Source of the DNA: Kiritimatiellia bacterium
Lineage (GTDB): Bacteria > Verrucomicrobiota > Kiritimatiellia > RFP12 > UBA1067
DNA: 48,701 nucleotides
Assembly: GCA_018384485.1 (NCBI GenBank)
Contig: JAHBAE010000089.1
Span: forward strand, 1-48,701
Reading direction: 5' to 3'
Positions 1 to 7,992 of this stretch are shown here, in pieces. Under the pieces are notes generated by a model that was not told the origin of the DNA, did no database searches, and was given only the letters and a program-made list of their open reading frames with translations. Made by a program: the position numbers and the translations under genes. Position 1 is the stretch's first letter; each line of letters begins with the position of its first letter.

Positions 1-100
1 CCGTGAGCGAAGTGCCGAGGACGAGGAAGACGTCCGAACGGATCGCGAGTTCCTGGCTCTTCACGAACGCCTCCTCTGGGAGCTGCTCGCCGAAGAACGT
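1..100 (-). pseudogene. C-terminal fragment of a Sir2/CobB-family NAD-dependent deacylase (sirtuin), 5'-truncated, running off the window edge
   Basis: My translation of the minus strand from 100 to 1 gives TFFGEQLPEEAFVKSQELAIRSDVFLVLGTSLT. This matches the sirtuin motifs (KPD)xxFFGE.LP and D..LVLGTSL.V. The sequence upstream in this frame is not sirtuin-like. Not in the ORF track. Confidence 0.7.
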
Positions 101-101
101 G

Positions 102-446
102 TCATTGCGGAAAGTCGAAGCGGCCGAGGGCGTAGATGCGGCGGATCGTGTCCTCTGCGAAACGCGCCTCGTCTGCGGGCGAGAGGTCGAGCGGTCCGTC
201 GAGTTCGACCGCCTTGAACCAGCGCTCCTGGTCCTCGAGGTCGAAGTCATCCGGCGGCGGCAGCGCAAGGATCGCGTCGATCTCCGGCTCGGTCAGCAGA
301 TTCGACACGGGAGCCAGCTCGTCGGCCGCATAGCGGTTGTAGAGTCGGATCAGCTCCGCAAACGAAACGACACCATAGAGGTTGACTGGCGCATTCATGC
401 AGCTGATCAACCGTTCCTGACGCATAGAATCTATGCACGCCTCCAT
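102..446 (-). CDS. hypothetical protein, possibly a truncated N-terminal fragment
   Basis: ORF 102..587, with a more plausible start at ATG 446 (or 425) downstream of an extended -10 (TGaTATACT, 486-494). The PVNLYGVV...LIRLYN segment resembles N-termini of SEC-C-containing hypotheticals (weak). Confidence 0.5.
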   Translation of the reverse strand: MEACIDSMRQERLISCMNAPVNLYGVVSFAELIRLYNRYAADELAPVSNLLTEPEIDAILALPPPDDFDLEDQERWFKAVELDGPLDLSPADEARFAEDTIRRIYALGRFDFPQ

Positions 447-565
447 TTTCCCGTTTGATATAAAAAAGATGTGCGACTTACATGGTAGTATATCATAATC
501 ATGCCGATTCCATTGCCTTTGCAATCGCTCGATTCTGTTTGCGGTTATCCTATTGCACGTCGCTA

Positions 566-657
566 GGGACTGTCCCCAACCCAACAAGTAGAGGCACCGG
601 AGACGAAACGCGTCCGGGGACAGCTACCTCACCGAAGTGCGGGGGCTGTCCCCCGGA
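566..657. repeat. REP-like palindromes: GGGACTGTCCC (566-576) and hairpin TCCGGGGACAGC...GCTGTCCCCCGGA (613-657)
   Basis: Inverted repeats read directly from the sequence. A related GGGGCCTGTCCC occurs at 46810-46821. Confidence 0.55.
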
Positions 658-760
658 GGATGTTAACGTAGCTGAACTCCAGGCATAGCGGACAGTGCCG
701 ACCGAGTACCCGATGGCCCCGGTTTGTAATGCGAATTGCCAGAATGTCAAATCATGTATT

Positions 761-769
761 TGGTATAAT
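761..769 (+). promoter_or_regulatory. extended -10 promoter (TGgTATAAT) for the channel-helicase operon
   Basis: Consensus TGnTATAAT in an AT-rich spacer, with a GAGAGG Shine-Dalgarno before ATG 828. Confidence 0.55.
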
Positions 770-827
770 ATTAAAAAATAGATTAAGCTTTAAGACGCTT
801 GCATAATGCTTAAAAGAGAGGTTTGAA

Positions 828-1736
828 ATGTCCATAAGGCGGCGCATATTTGAGATTATTCAGCCTGACCACGGGAACTCTGTGGCCAGCCGGGTGTTTG
901 ATCTGACGATTACAGCACTCATTCTGATGAGCGCCGTGATAGTTTTCGCCGTTACGTTCGATTTGCCACCGTCGGTTTTGCCTGTGCTGAAATGGCTTGA
1001 ACGCACGGCATCGATTATTTTCACTATTGAATATCTCTTGCGCATATCGACGGCTGATTTGCTTTATCCGACGAAGGGACCTCTGTTTGCCAGGGCGAAG
1101 TATGTCGTTTCGCCGATGGCAATCATTGACTTGGTGGCCATCTTGCCGTTTTGGCTTCCGATGTTCCTGCCGTGTTCAATGCTGGCGCTGCGGGCATTGC
1201 GGCTTGTGCGGCTACTGCGGATTCTAAAGCTCAATCGCTACTTTGATGCGGTCAAGTCCATCGGCGAGGTTCTGGCATCCAAGAAGCGGGAGTTGGTGGG
1301 ATCCCTGTTCTTTGTCGTTTTGCTGATGCTGGTCTCTTCGCTCCTGATGCATTCGGTTGAACATGATGCGCAGCCGGAAGTGTTCAAGAATGCCTTTTCC
1401 GGTCTTTGGTGGGCGGTGGCGACGCTGACGACCGTAGGTTATGGTGACATTTATCCCGTGACTGTGCTTGGACGCGTGTTGGGTGCGGTAATCGCGTTCT
1501 CTGGAATCGCCGCCTTGGCCATTCCGACAGGTATCATTACGGTAGGTCTGACCGAGCAAATCGGTCGGGACGTTGCCGTTGAGAGAGAGCTGGAGAGACA
1601 GAGAAGCAAGGATGTCGAGCATGACAACGAGCTGTCTCGTCAACGGGAGAAGGATGACGAGCACGACCGCCTGCTGCGCGAACAGAGTGCGATGCTGAAG
1701 AAAATCTCCGAGAAACTTTCAAAACTGGAGAGATGA
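828..1736 (+). CDS. voltage-gated-type potassium channel (6TM Ion_trans)
   Basis: TLTTVGYGD selectivity filter, Arg-rich S4 helix (LRALRLVRLLRILKL), IIDLVAILPF S3 motif and a coiled-coil C-terminal tail. Confidence 0.93.
   Translation: MSIRRRIFEIIQPDHGNSVASRVFDLTITALILMSAVIVFAVTFDLPPSVLPVLKWLERTASIIFTIEYLLRISTADLLYPTKGPLFARAKYVVSPMAIIDLVAILPFWLPMFLPCSMLALRALRLVRLLRILKLNRYFDAVKSIGEVLASKKRELVGSLFFVVLLMLVSSLLMHSVEHDAQPEVFKNAFSGLWWAVATLTTVGYGDIYPVTVLGRVLGAVIAFSGIAALAIPTGIITVGLTEQIGRDVAVERELERQRSKDVEHDNELSRQREKDDEHDRLLREQSAMLKKISEKLSKLER
1587..1670 (+). repeat. 42-bp (14-aa) degenerate tandem duplication in the channel C-terminal tail
   Basis: ELERQRSKDVEHDN / ELSRQREKDDEHDR, with units starting at 1587 and 1629. 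Confidence 0.7.
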
Positions 1737-4700
1737 AAATGGACACCGAAGAAGCGAATGCCGAAATGACCGTCACGCTCCACGAACCGATCAGGGCGGA
1801 TGTTGACGTTTTGAAGTTTGTCAGCCTCGCCTTGGTTCAGAACGGACTTCCTGCACTGCAGGGTCTTCGCGTCTCGAACGAGACGGACGAGACGATGAAG
1901 GACGTGGTGTGCGCCTTTTCGTCCGATGACGGATTCATCGTGCCAAGCCAACTGGCGTTCAAGGAGATCGGACCGCACGGCTCTGTCGGGTCGCACAACG
2001 TCGGCGTTCTGCTGAACCAGCGGCGCATTGTCGAGGTCCGAAGCGAACCGGCAACCGGAACGGTCAAGATGACGGTGTCGGTTGCCAGTGAGGTCAGGTG
2101 CGAGAAGATTTACACAATGACCATCTTGCCGGTCGATCAGTGGCTGGGCGTGAAACCTTACGCAGAGCTGCTCTCGGCCTATGTGTTGCCGAACGCCGAT
2201 CTCGTGTGCCGACTCCAGGCCGAAGCGGCAAAGGAAATTGAGAAGTCAACCGGGACTTCTTCGCTTGAGGGTTACCAGAGCGGCAAGCGGAGGGCATTGG
2301 AAATATGCGCGGCGATCTATTCCGCGATTCAGAAGCTCGGCATCAGCTATTGCAATCCGCCTGCCTCTTTCGGGCAGCCAGGGCAAAAGATTCGCCTTCC
2401 GGACGAAATTGAGAAATACAAACTGGCGACCTGCATTGAGACCTCGCTCCTGATGGCGGCCGTCATGGAGAAGTGCGAGCTTCACCCTGTACTTGTTCTC
2501 ATCAAGGGCCATTGCTATGTCGGGTGTCACCTTGTTGAGGAGATGTTCGAGGATGTCATCACCCCCACGGTACAGGCCTTGCGTAAGCGGGCGGTGTTGG
2601 ATGAATTTGTCGCAATCGAGACGACGAAAGTGACAAGCGATCTACCGTTCAACGAAGCAGAGAAAATTGGGAGGGATCATCTTGATGATGATGCTACTTT
2701 TACATGCGCGATAGACGTGGTGCGCAGTCGCGAGAGTGGGATCCGGCCGCTTTCGTTCGGCTCGGGGTTCGAGACAAACTACATCGCAACTGGTCGTACG
2801 GTTGATGCAGAAGACAATGGCGATGTCCGCAAGCTACAGGAGAGCGTTGACCTATCGACCTTGAAACAAGCTGCGACGACTCAAAGCCGAATCGACCGAT
2901 GGACACAGAAACTACTCGACTTTTCGGCGAGAAACCGGCTCCTCAATATTCCTCGCACATCGCGGCAGGTCATCCGGCTCATGTGTTCGAGTGTCGGCGA
3001 CCTTGAAGACAAAATCGCCGCAAACAAGACGATCACGATTCGCTCGATTGCCGATTCGATGGGTGAGAAGGCGCTTGACGATCTGCTCAATGGACGGATG
3101 ACCAAGGATCAGTGCAGAAGCATTGTCGATGCCGAGCTTTCGCATCAGCGTCTCTGTGTCATGATGCCTCCAAGAGAGGTGCATCGTCGCCTCACGGACC
3201 TCTTGCACGATGCACGGACAGAGCTTGAGGAGTCAGGCGTCAATACACTCTTTTTGACTATCGGCGAACTCCAGTGGAAGGAGCCGGGGAGTGGTGCGAA
3301 TCGAAAGTCCTATCGTGCGCCGATACTTATGGTGCCGGTTCGGCTGGAACGATCTTCAATGGCCGAGGGCGTGAAGATGTATCGTCTTGACGAAGAGACG
3401 ACCCTGAACACAACGCTGATTGAATTTCTGCGCACCCAGTTCGACTTGACCTTGCCGGGGCTCGATCCGCTGCCGACCGACGATTCTGGCGTGGACGTCC
3501 AGCTGGTCCTGCAGATATTCCGTCAGGCGGTCAAGGAGAAGGACGGTTGGGAGGTCTTTGACGAGGCGACGGTCGGATGCTTCTCTTTCGGAAAATTCGT
3601 CATGTGGAAAGACATGACCGAGCGCGTTGACGAACTCAAGAAGAGTCCGCTCGTCAATCACCTCATCGGCGGTGGCGGATGTTTCGAGGACGGCGTGGAG
3701 GTCTTTCCGGCAAACGAGGTGTCAAAGCACCTCAAGCCCGGCGAACTGTTCTGTCCGGTCAGCTACGATTCCTCTCAACTGACGGCAGTTCTTTATTCGG
3801 AACTTGGTAAGTCGTTTGTCCTTCACGGTCCGCCCGGAACGGGCAAGTCGCAGACGATTACCAACATCATTGCTCATAACCTTGCGCGGGGGCGGCGCGT
3901 CCTCTTCGTGTCCGAGAAGAAGGCGGCGCTTGATGTCGTCAAGGAACGCCTCGACCGTATCGGGCTCACGCCGTTCTGCCTCGAACTTCATTCCAACAAG
4001 ACGGAGAAGAACAAGTTTTACGCGCAGCTCAAGGAGGCTTTGAGTGTTCCCGAGACGGCGATGCCCGGCGAGTGGAATGCCGTCGTTGGAGACTTCGAGA
4101 AGTACCGTTGTGAACTGAACGGCTACATTCAGGCGCTGCATCAGGTCTATCCGAATGGTCTCACGGCCTATAACTGTTTTTCGCGGACGATTCAGTACGG
4201 TGCCGATGCGCATCCTGAGTTGCTGTCGTTCGACTGCCTCGCGCAATCGAGAGACGAGTATCGGGACGCCCGCAACGTCGTACAGGAGCTGATTAATGAT
4301 TTCAGAGGCGTCTCGGAAGATGCATTGCAGACGACGCCTGAACTGAAGATCGAAAACTGGTCGCCCGTTATCGAACGACAGCTGAAGGCAGCTGCGGAAC
4401 GTCTTGTCGAGGCGAGTAAGGAAATCGTCATTCCGCTTGAGATGGTTATCCGGACCGTAGGGCTGACCGGCGCGTGGGCTAAAACCGAGTTGGACGCCCT
4501 GATCCCGATTCTCGCGAAATTGGGCAAGGCGCAGAAAGTCCCCAAACGCATAGTGTCCGGGCAGGAGATGCCCTCGTCGCTTTTGCGCGAACTCTGCGCC
4601 CTCGAAGATGCGATTCGGTCGAATGTCGATAATCTTGGTGCGTACAAGCTGGATAAGCTCGGCGAACTTGATTTCGATGGAATCGAGCAGAGGCTTGCAG

Positions 4701-7414
4701 AGAACGCGCAAGCATTCTTCTTGCTGCGGTTCTTCAAGAACGGATCGCTCCTCAAAGAGCTTTCCGGGATAGTGAAAGTTGGTGGCGGCAAACTGACGGT
4801 TCAAAAGCTGACGAATGACTTGCCGAAGATGCATGAGTACGTCCGTTTGCACCGAGAGTTTGCCGAGAAAGCGGGATGCGCGTCGGATGATCTTGCGGAC
4901 ACGCCCAAGGAGTTGACCGAGAATATTGGATGTCTCGTTGATCTTTGGTCTGAATTCTGCACACGGTACGACCAGATGCTTGAGTACGCACACGAGCAAT
5001 CTCTCGCGTCAGACGTTCGCCGCATTGAAGAGTCGAGCAAGGGGCTGACGGAGAACATTGCCGATCTGCGTAATGTTCTGCGCTACCGGAAGACAAAGGC
5101 CAGGGCAATTGAGCTTGGCGTTGGGGCGTTTGTCGACTACATCGTCCGCGAGGATGACGGGAAACTGGACATTCTGCGCGTATTCGACGATTCCTATGCG
5201 GGGAAGATGTTGGACGCGATTCTTAACCAGACGCCCGTTCTCGCCGAGTTCACTGGACTCAGCCAGGAGGATCGGATCAGTCGTTTCCGGCAACTCGACC
5301 GTAAGTACACTACGCTCTCCAGGAAGGTCATCTTTGCGAAGTTGGCCGCAACATTGCCGCGCCGTCGGAGCGGGCCCTGTCCCGAGGGGACGGAACTTGG
5401 AATGCTCAAGCGCGAGTGTGAAAAGAAGTCCCGTCAGAAGGCGGTTCGGCAGATACTCGCCGAATCGAAGATGCTGATTCCGACATTGAAGCCCTGCTTC
5501 CTCATGAGCCCGCTTTCGGTTGCCCAGTATCTGCCCGTCGATTCGGCACCGTTTGATCTCATCGTGTTTGACGAGGCGTCGCAGATACCCGTCTGGGATG
5601 CCATTGGTGTTATCGCTCGCGGGAAGCAGCTGATTGTTGTCGGTGATCCGAAGCAGATGCCTCCGACCAGCTTCTTTCAGAAAGGTGATGTCGAGACGGA
5701 CGAGGAAACGGACGAGTCGATTGTCGATCAGGAGAGCATCCTCGATGAATGCCTTGTCGCCGGTGTCTTTTCTACCTACTTGAACTGGCATTACCGCAGT
5801 CGGCACGAGGCGTTGATTGCCTTCAGCAACGAACACTACTACTCGAACAAGCTCTGCACATTCCCTGCTGCCGTCAGTTCGCCGCGGCTGGGTGTTAAGT
5901 TTGTGTTTGTCCCAGACGGCAAGTTCGTCAAGACGGGGAAGGGACCGCGAGTCAACGAAGTCGAGGCGAAGGCACTGGTGGACTATATCTGCACGGAGGT
6001 GCGCAAGGCCGACTACAAGCCACGCACCATTGGTGTAGTGACGTTTTCAATGCCGCAGCAGAAATTGATACGGACGATGCTGGACGAGCGCAGAAGTACG
6101 GATCCCGTGTTGGAGAAGCTGTTGCCGGAGGAGGGGCCGGGGTCGTATTTCGTCAAGAACCTTGAGAACGTCCAGGGGGACGAGAGCGACGTGATTCTCT
6201 TTTCGGTCGGATACGCCCCGGATGAACACGGCAAGTTCACAATGAACTTCGGGCCGTTGAACCTCTCGGGTGGCGAGCGTCGGCTCAATGTAGCCGTCAC
6301 GCGGGCGAAGGAGCAGGTGATCGTGTTTTCGTCGATTCACGGATCGCAGATCGACGCTGGTGAGGGCGGCCGCACGAGGGCCGTCGGAGCCGGGCATCTG
6401 AAAGCTTTTCTCGAGTACGCGGAACGTGGCAACGCGCTTGTCGTCGCCGCTCCCGCCGATGCTTGCAATGAGAACTTCAGCAACGTCGTCACCGCGTTTC
6501 TGAAGGAGAAGGGCTACATAGTGGATCGGAATGTCGGGTGCAGCGAGTATCGTATCGATGTTGCCGTTCGGAACCCTGACGATCCAAGTCGATATCTCAT
6601 GGGAGTTGAGTGCGATGGACCGACATATGCGGATCAACGAACGGCGCAGGATCGCGATGTCAACCGCGCTGGAGTTCTCAAGGGCCTGGGCTGGCACACC
6701 TGCCGCGTTTGGAGCGTAGATTGGGCCTTTGACCGAGCGCGTTCCGAACAGCACCTCGTAGAGCTGATCGAAGCTGCGCGGGTTGCGCCCGAACCCGAGC
6801 CAGAACGCTCCGCCGAAGAAGAGGCCCAAACATCTACGGTGGATTCTGCAAAGGATGCCGAGAAGGAATCGTCGAAGGTGGCAAAGCGTATTCATCCTGA
6901 ATATAAGGTTTGGAAGAGCGACTCGATATTCCTGCACGAGTATTTCTACGAACCCTCGTCGCGTTCTCGGATTACTCAGATGCTGTCTGCTGTTATTGAA
7001 ATGGAGGGGCCGATCTACGAGAATGTCCTCCGAAAGCGCGTTTGCAAGGCGTGGGGACTGACGCGGATGACGGAGAATGTACATCGGGTCTTTGACGCCG
7101 CCACGCCGGGCGATGTGGTCGTGACGGACCATGAAACGGGCAAGGTGTACTGGCCGAAGGGAACGGAGGCCTCGTCGTACCGGGAGTTTCGTGTGCCGTC
7201 GGGAGATCCCAACACGAAGCGTTCACTCGAGGAAATTCCGCCGCAGGAATTGATGAACGCGATGTGCGAGATTCTGACTGATCTCGGCGGAAGCCATCAA
7301 GATGAACTTTACCGTGAAACGATCAAATTGTTTGGTTTGTCAACTCTAACCGCCAAGGCCCGTAAGTTCCTTGATGTTGCGTTCGCGCTCTTGCAGTCCT
7401 CGGGCCTAATCTAA
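1733..7414 (+). CDS. hheA: DUF4011 + SF1 (Upf1/Dna2-like) helicase + Vsr-like nuclease + DUF3320 protein (Hhe-type anti-phage protein)
   Basis: RW..KLLD.S.RNRLLN (DUF4011), Walker A GPPGTGKSQT, DEASQ, VGDPKQMPP, HYRS, ENVQGDE, RRLNVAVTRAK, nuclease-like RIDVAV...VECDG...DRD..R..VL..LGW, and a DUF3320-like C-terminus. Confidence 0.9.
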   Translation: MKMDTEEANAEMTVTLHEPIRADVDVLKFVSLALVQNGLPALQGLRVSNETDETMKDVVCAFSSDDGFIVPSQLAFKEIGPHGSVGSHNVGVLLNQRRIVEVRSEPATGTVKMTVSVASEVRCEKIYTMTILPVDQWLGVKPYAELLSAYVLPNADLVCRLQAEAAKEIEKSTGTSSLEGYQSGKRRALEICAAIYSAIQKLGISYCNPPASFGQPGQKIRLPDEIEKYKLATCIETSLLMAAVMEKCELHPVLVLIKGHCYVGCHLVEEMFEDVITPTVQALRKRAVLDEFVAIETTKVTSDLPFNEAEKIGRDHLDDDATFTCAIDVVRSRESGIRPLSFGSGFETNYIATGRTVDAEDNGDVRKLQESVDLSTLKQAATTQSRIDRWTQKLLDFSARNRLLNIPRTSRQVIRLMCSSVGDLEDKIAANKTITIRSIADSMGEKALDDLLNGRMTKDQCRSIVDAELSHQRLCVMMPPREVHRRLTDLLHDARTELEESGVNTLFLTIGELQWKEPGSGANRKSYRAPILMVPVRLERSSMAEGVKMYRLDEETTLNTTLIEFLRTQFDLTLPGLDPLPTDDSGVDVQLVLQIFRQAVKEKDGWEVFDEATVGCFSFGKFVMWKDMTERVDELKKSPLVNHLIGGGGCFEDGVEVFPANEVSKHLKPGELFCPVSYDSSQLTAVLYSELGKSFVLHGPPGTGKSQTITNIIAHNLARGRRVLFVSEKKAALDVVKERLDRIGLTPFCLELHSNKTEKNKFYAQLKEALSVPETAMPGEWNAVVGDFEKYRCELNGYIQALHQVYPNGLTAYNCFSRTIQYGADAHPELLSFDCLAQSRDEYRDARNVVQELINDFRGVSEDALQTTPELKIENWSPVIERQLKAAAERLVEASKEIVIPLEMVIRTVGLTGAWAKTELDALIPILAKLGKAQKVPKRIVSGQEMPSSLLRELCALEDAIRSNVDNLGAYKLDKLGELDFDGIEQRLAENAQAFFLLRFFKNGSLLKELSGIVKVGGGKLTVQKLTNDLPKMHEYVRLHREFAEKAGCASDDLADTPKELTENIGCLVDLWSEFCTRYDQMLEYAHEQSLASDVRRIEESSKGLTENIADLRNVLRYRKTKARAIELGVGAFVDYIVREDDGKLDILRVFDDSYAGKMLDAILNQTPVLAEFTGLSQEDRISRFRQLDRKYTTLSRKVIFAKLAATLPRRRSGPCPEGTELGMLKRECEKKSRQKAVRQILAESKMLIPTLKPCFLMSPLSVAQYLPVDSAPFDLIVFDEASQIPVWDAIGVIARGKQLIVVGDPKQMPPTSFFQKGDVETDEETDESIVDQESILDECLVAGVFSTYLNWHYRSRHEALIAFSNEHYYSNKLCTFPAAVSSPRLGVKFVFVPDGKFVKTGKGPRVNEVEAKALVDYICTEVRKADYKPRTIGVVTFSMPQQKLIRTMLDERRSTDPVLEKLLPEEGPGSYFVKNLENVQGDESDVILFSVGYAPDEHGKFTMNFGPLNLSGGERRLNVAVTRAKEQVIVFSSIHGSQIDAGEGGRTRAVGAGHLKAFLEYAERGNALVVAAPADACNENFSNVVTAFLKEKGYIVDRNVGCSEYRIDVAVRNPDDPSRYLMGVECDGPTYADQRTAQDRDVNRAGVLKGLGWHTCRVWSVDWAFDRARSEQHLVELIEAARVAPEPEPERSAEEEAQTSTVDSAKDAEKESSKVAKRIHPEYKVWKSDSIFLHEYFYEPSSRSRITQMLSAVIEMEGPIYENVLRKRVCKAWGLTRMTENVHRVFDAATPGDVVVTDHETGKVYWPKGTEASSYREFRVPSGDPNTKRSLEEIPPQELMNAMCEILTDLGGSHQDELYRETIKLFGLSTLTAKARKFLDVAFALLQSSGLI

Positions 7415-7508
7415 CGGCTTCTCCGCGTCCTCCCTTGGGTAGCCAGTCGCCATGGCGGATGGCGCGGAGTTTTCCTTTCCGCGTAAGATATAGGCAGTAC
7501 GACGTAAT

Positions 7509-7910
7509 ATGCTGGACGGCAACAAGATCAAGCATCAGTTCGTGCAGACGGAAATGGAGGGTTTTCTGCGCGACATTGACGCGCATACGGCGACGGCGGT
7601 TCGGTTCTGGCTCCGCAACCTTGCCAAGCACCATCGGTCGTTCTACCTGCCGCTCTCGCACGACAGCTTCTACCCCGATTTCGTCGGCGAACTGACCGAC
7701 GGGCGGCTGTTCGCTGTCGAGTACAAGTGCGAGCATCTGCGGAACGCAAAGGACACGCTGGAGAAGGATGCAATCAGCCGCCTCTGGGCGGCGAAGTCCA
7801 GCGGCAAGTGCCTCTACGCAACCGTTTACAAGAGCGACGGCGGGCTTGACGTCAAAGGACAACTTGACCTGGTCGTACGCGCAGCCAATCGTGGGAGGTC
7901 GGTGCGCTGA
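7509..7910 (+). pseudogene. orphan C-terminal PD-(D/E)xK nuclease fragment of a type III restriction Res subunit
   Basis: FWLRNL...SFYLPL..DSFYPDFV.EL.DGR.FAVEYK...EK..I..LWA..S.GKCL matches the Res C-terminus. There is no helicase part and no Mod gene, and the usual VEYKG reads VEYKC. Confidence 0.7.
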
Positions 7911-7992
7911 CGGACGAATTATGCTATAATCTTTTTCGTTTGCCGGAACAGGGGTCTGTTTGGCAAGTGAACAAGGAAAGGAGGAAGGGCCA

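Noticed and set aside
3722-7132. Long minus-strand ORFs (425, 275 and 361 aa) within the helicase gene
   Set aside because: Antisense shadows of a GC-rich gene, with no recognisable motifs.
7409-7489. attC-like look: ATCTAAC over the hhe stop codon, an internal CTCCGCG/CGCGGAG stem and a distal GTAAGAT
   Set aside because: The right core is GTA rather than GTT, the spacing is asymmetric (13 nt versus 5 nt), and there is no integrase or second site. More likely a simple hairpin.
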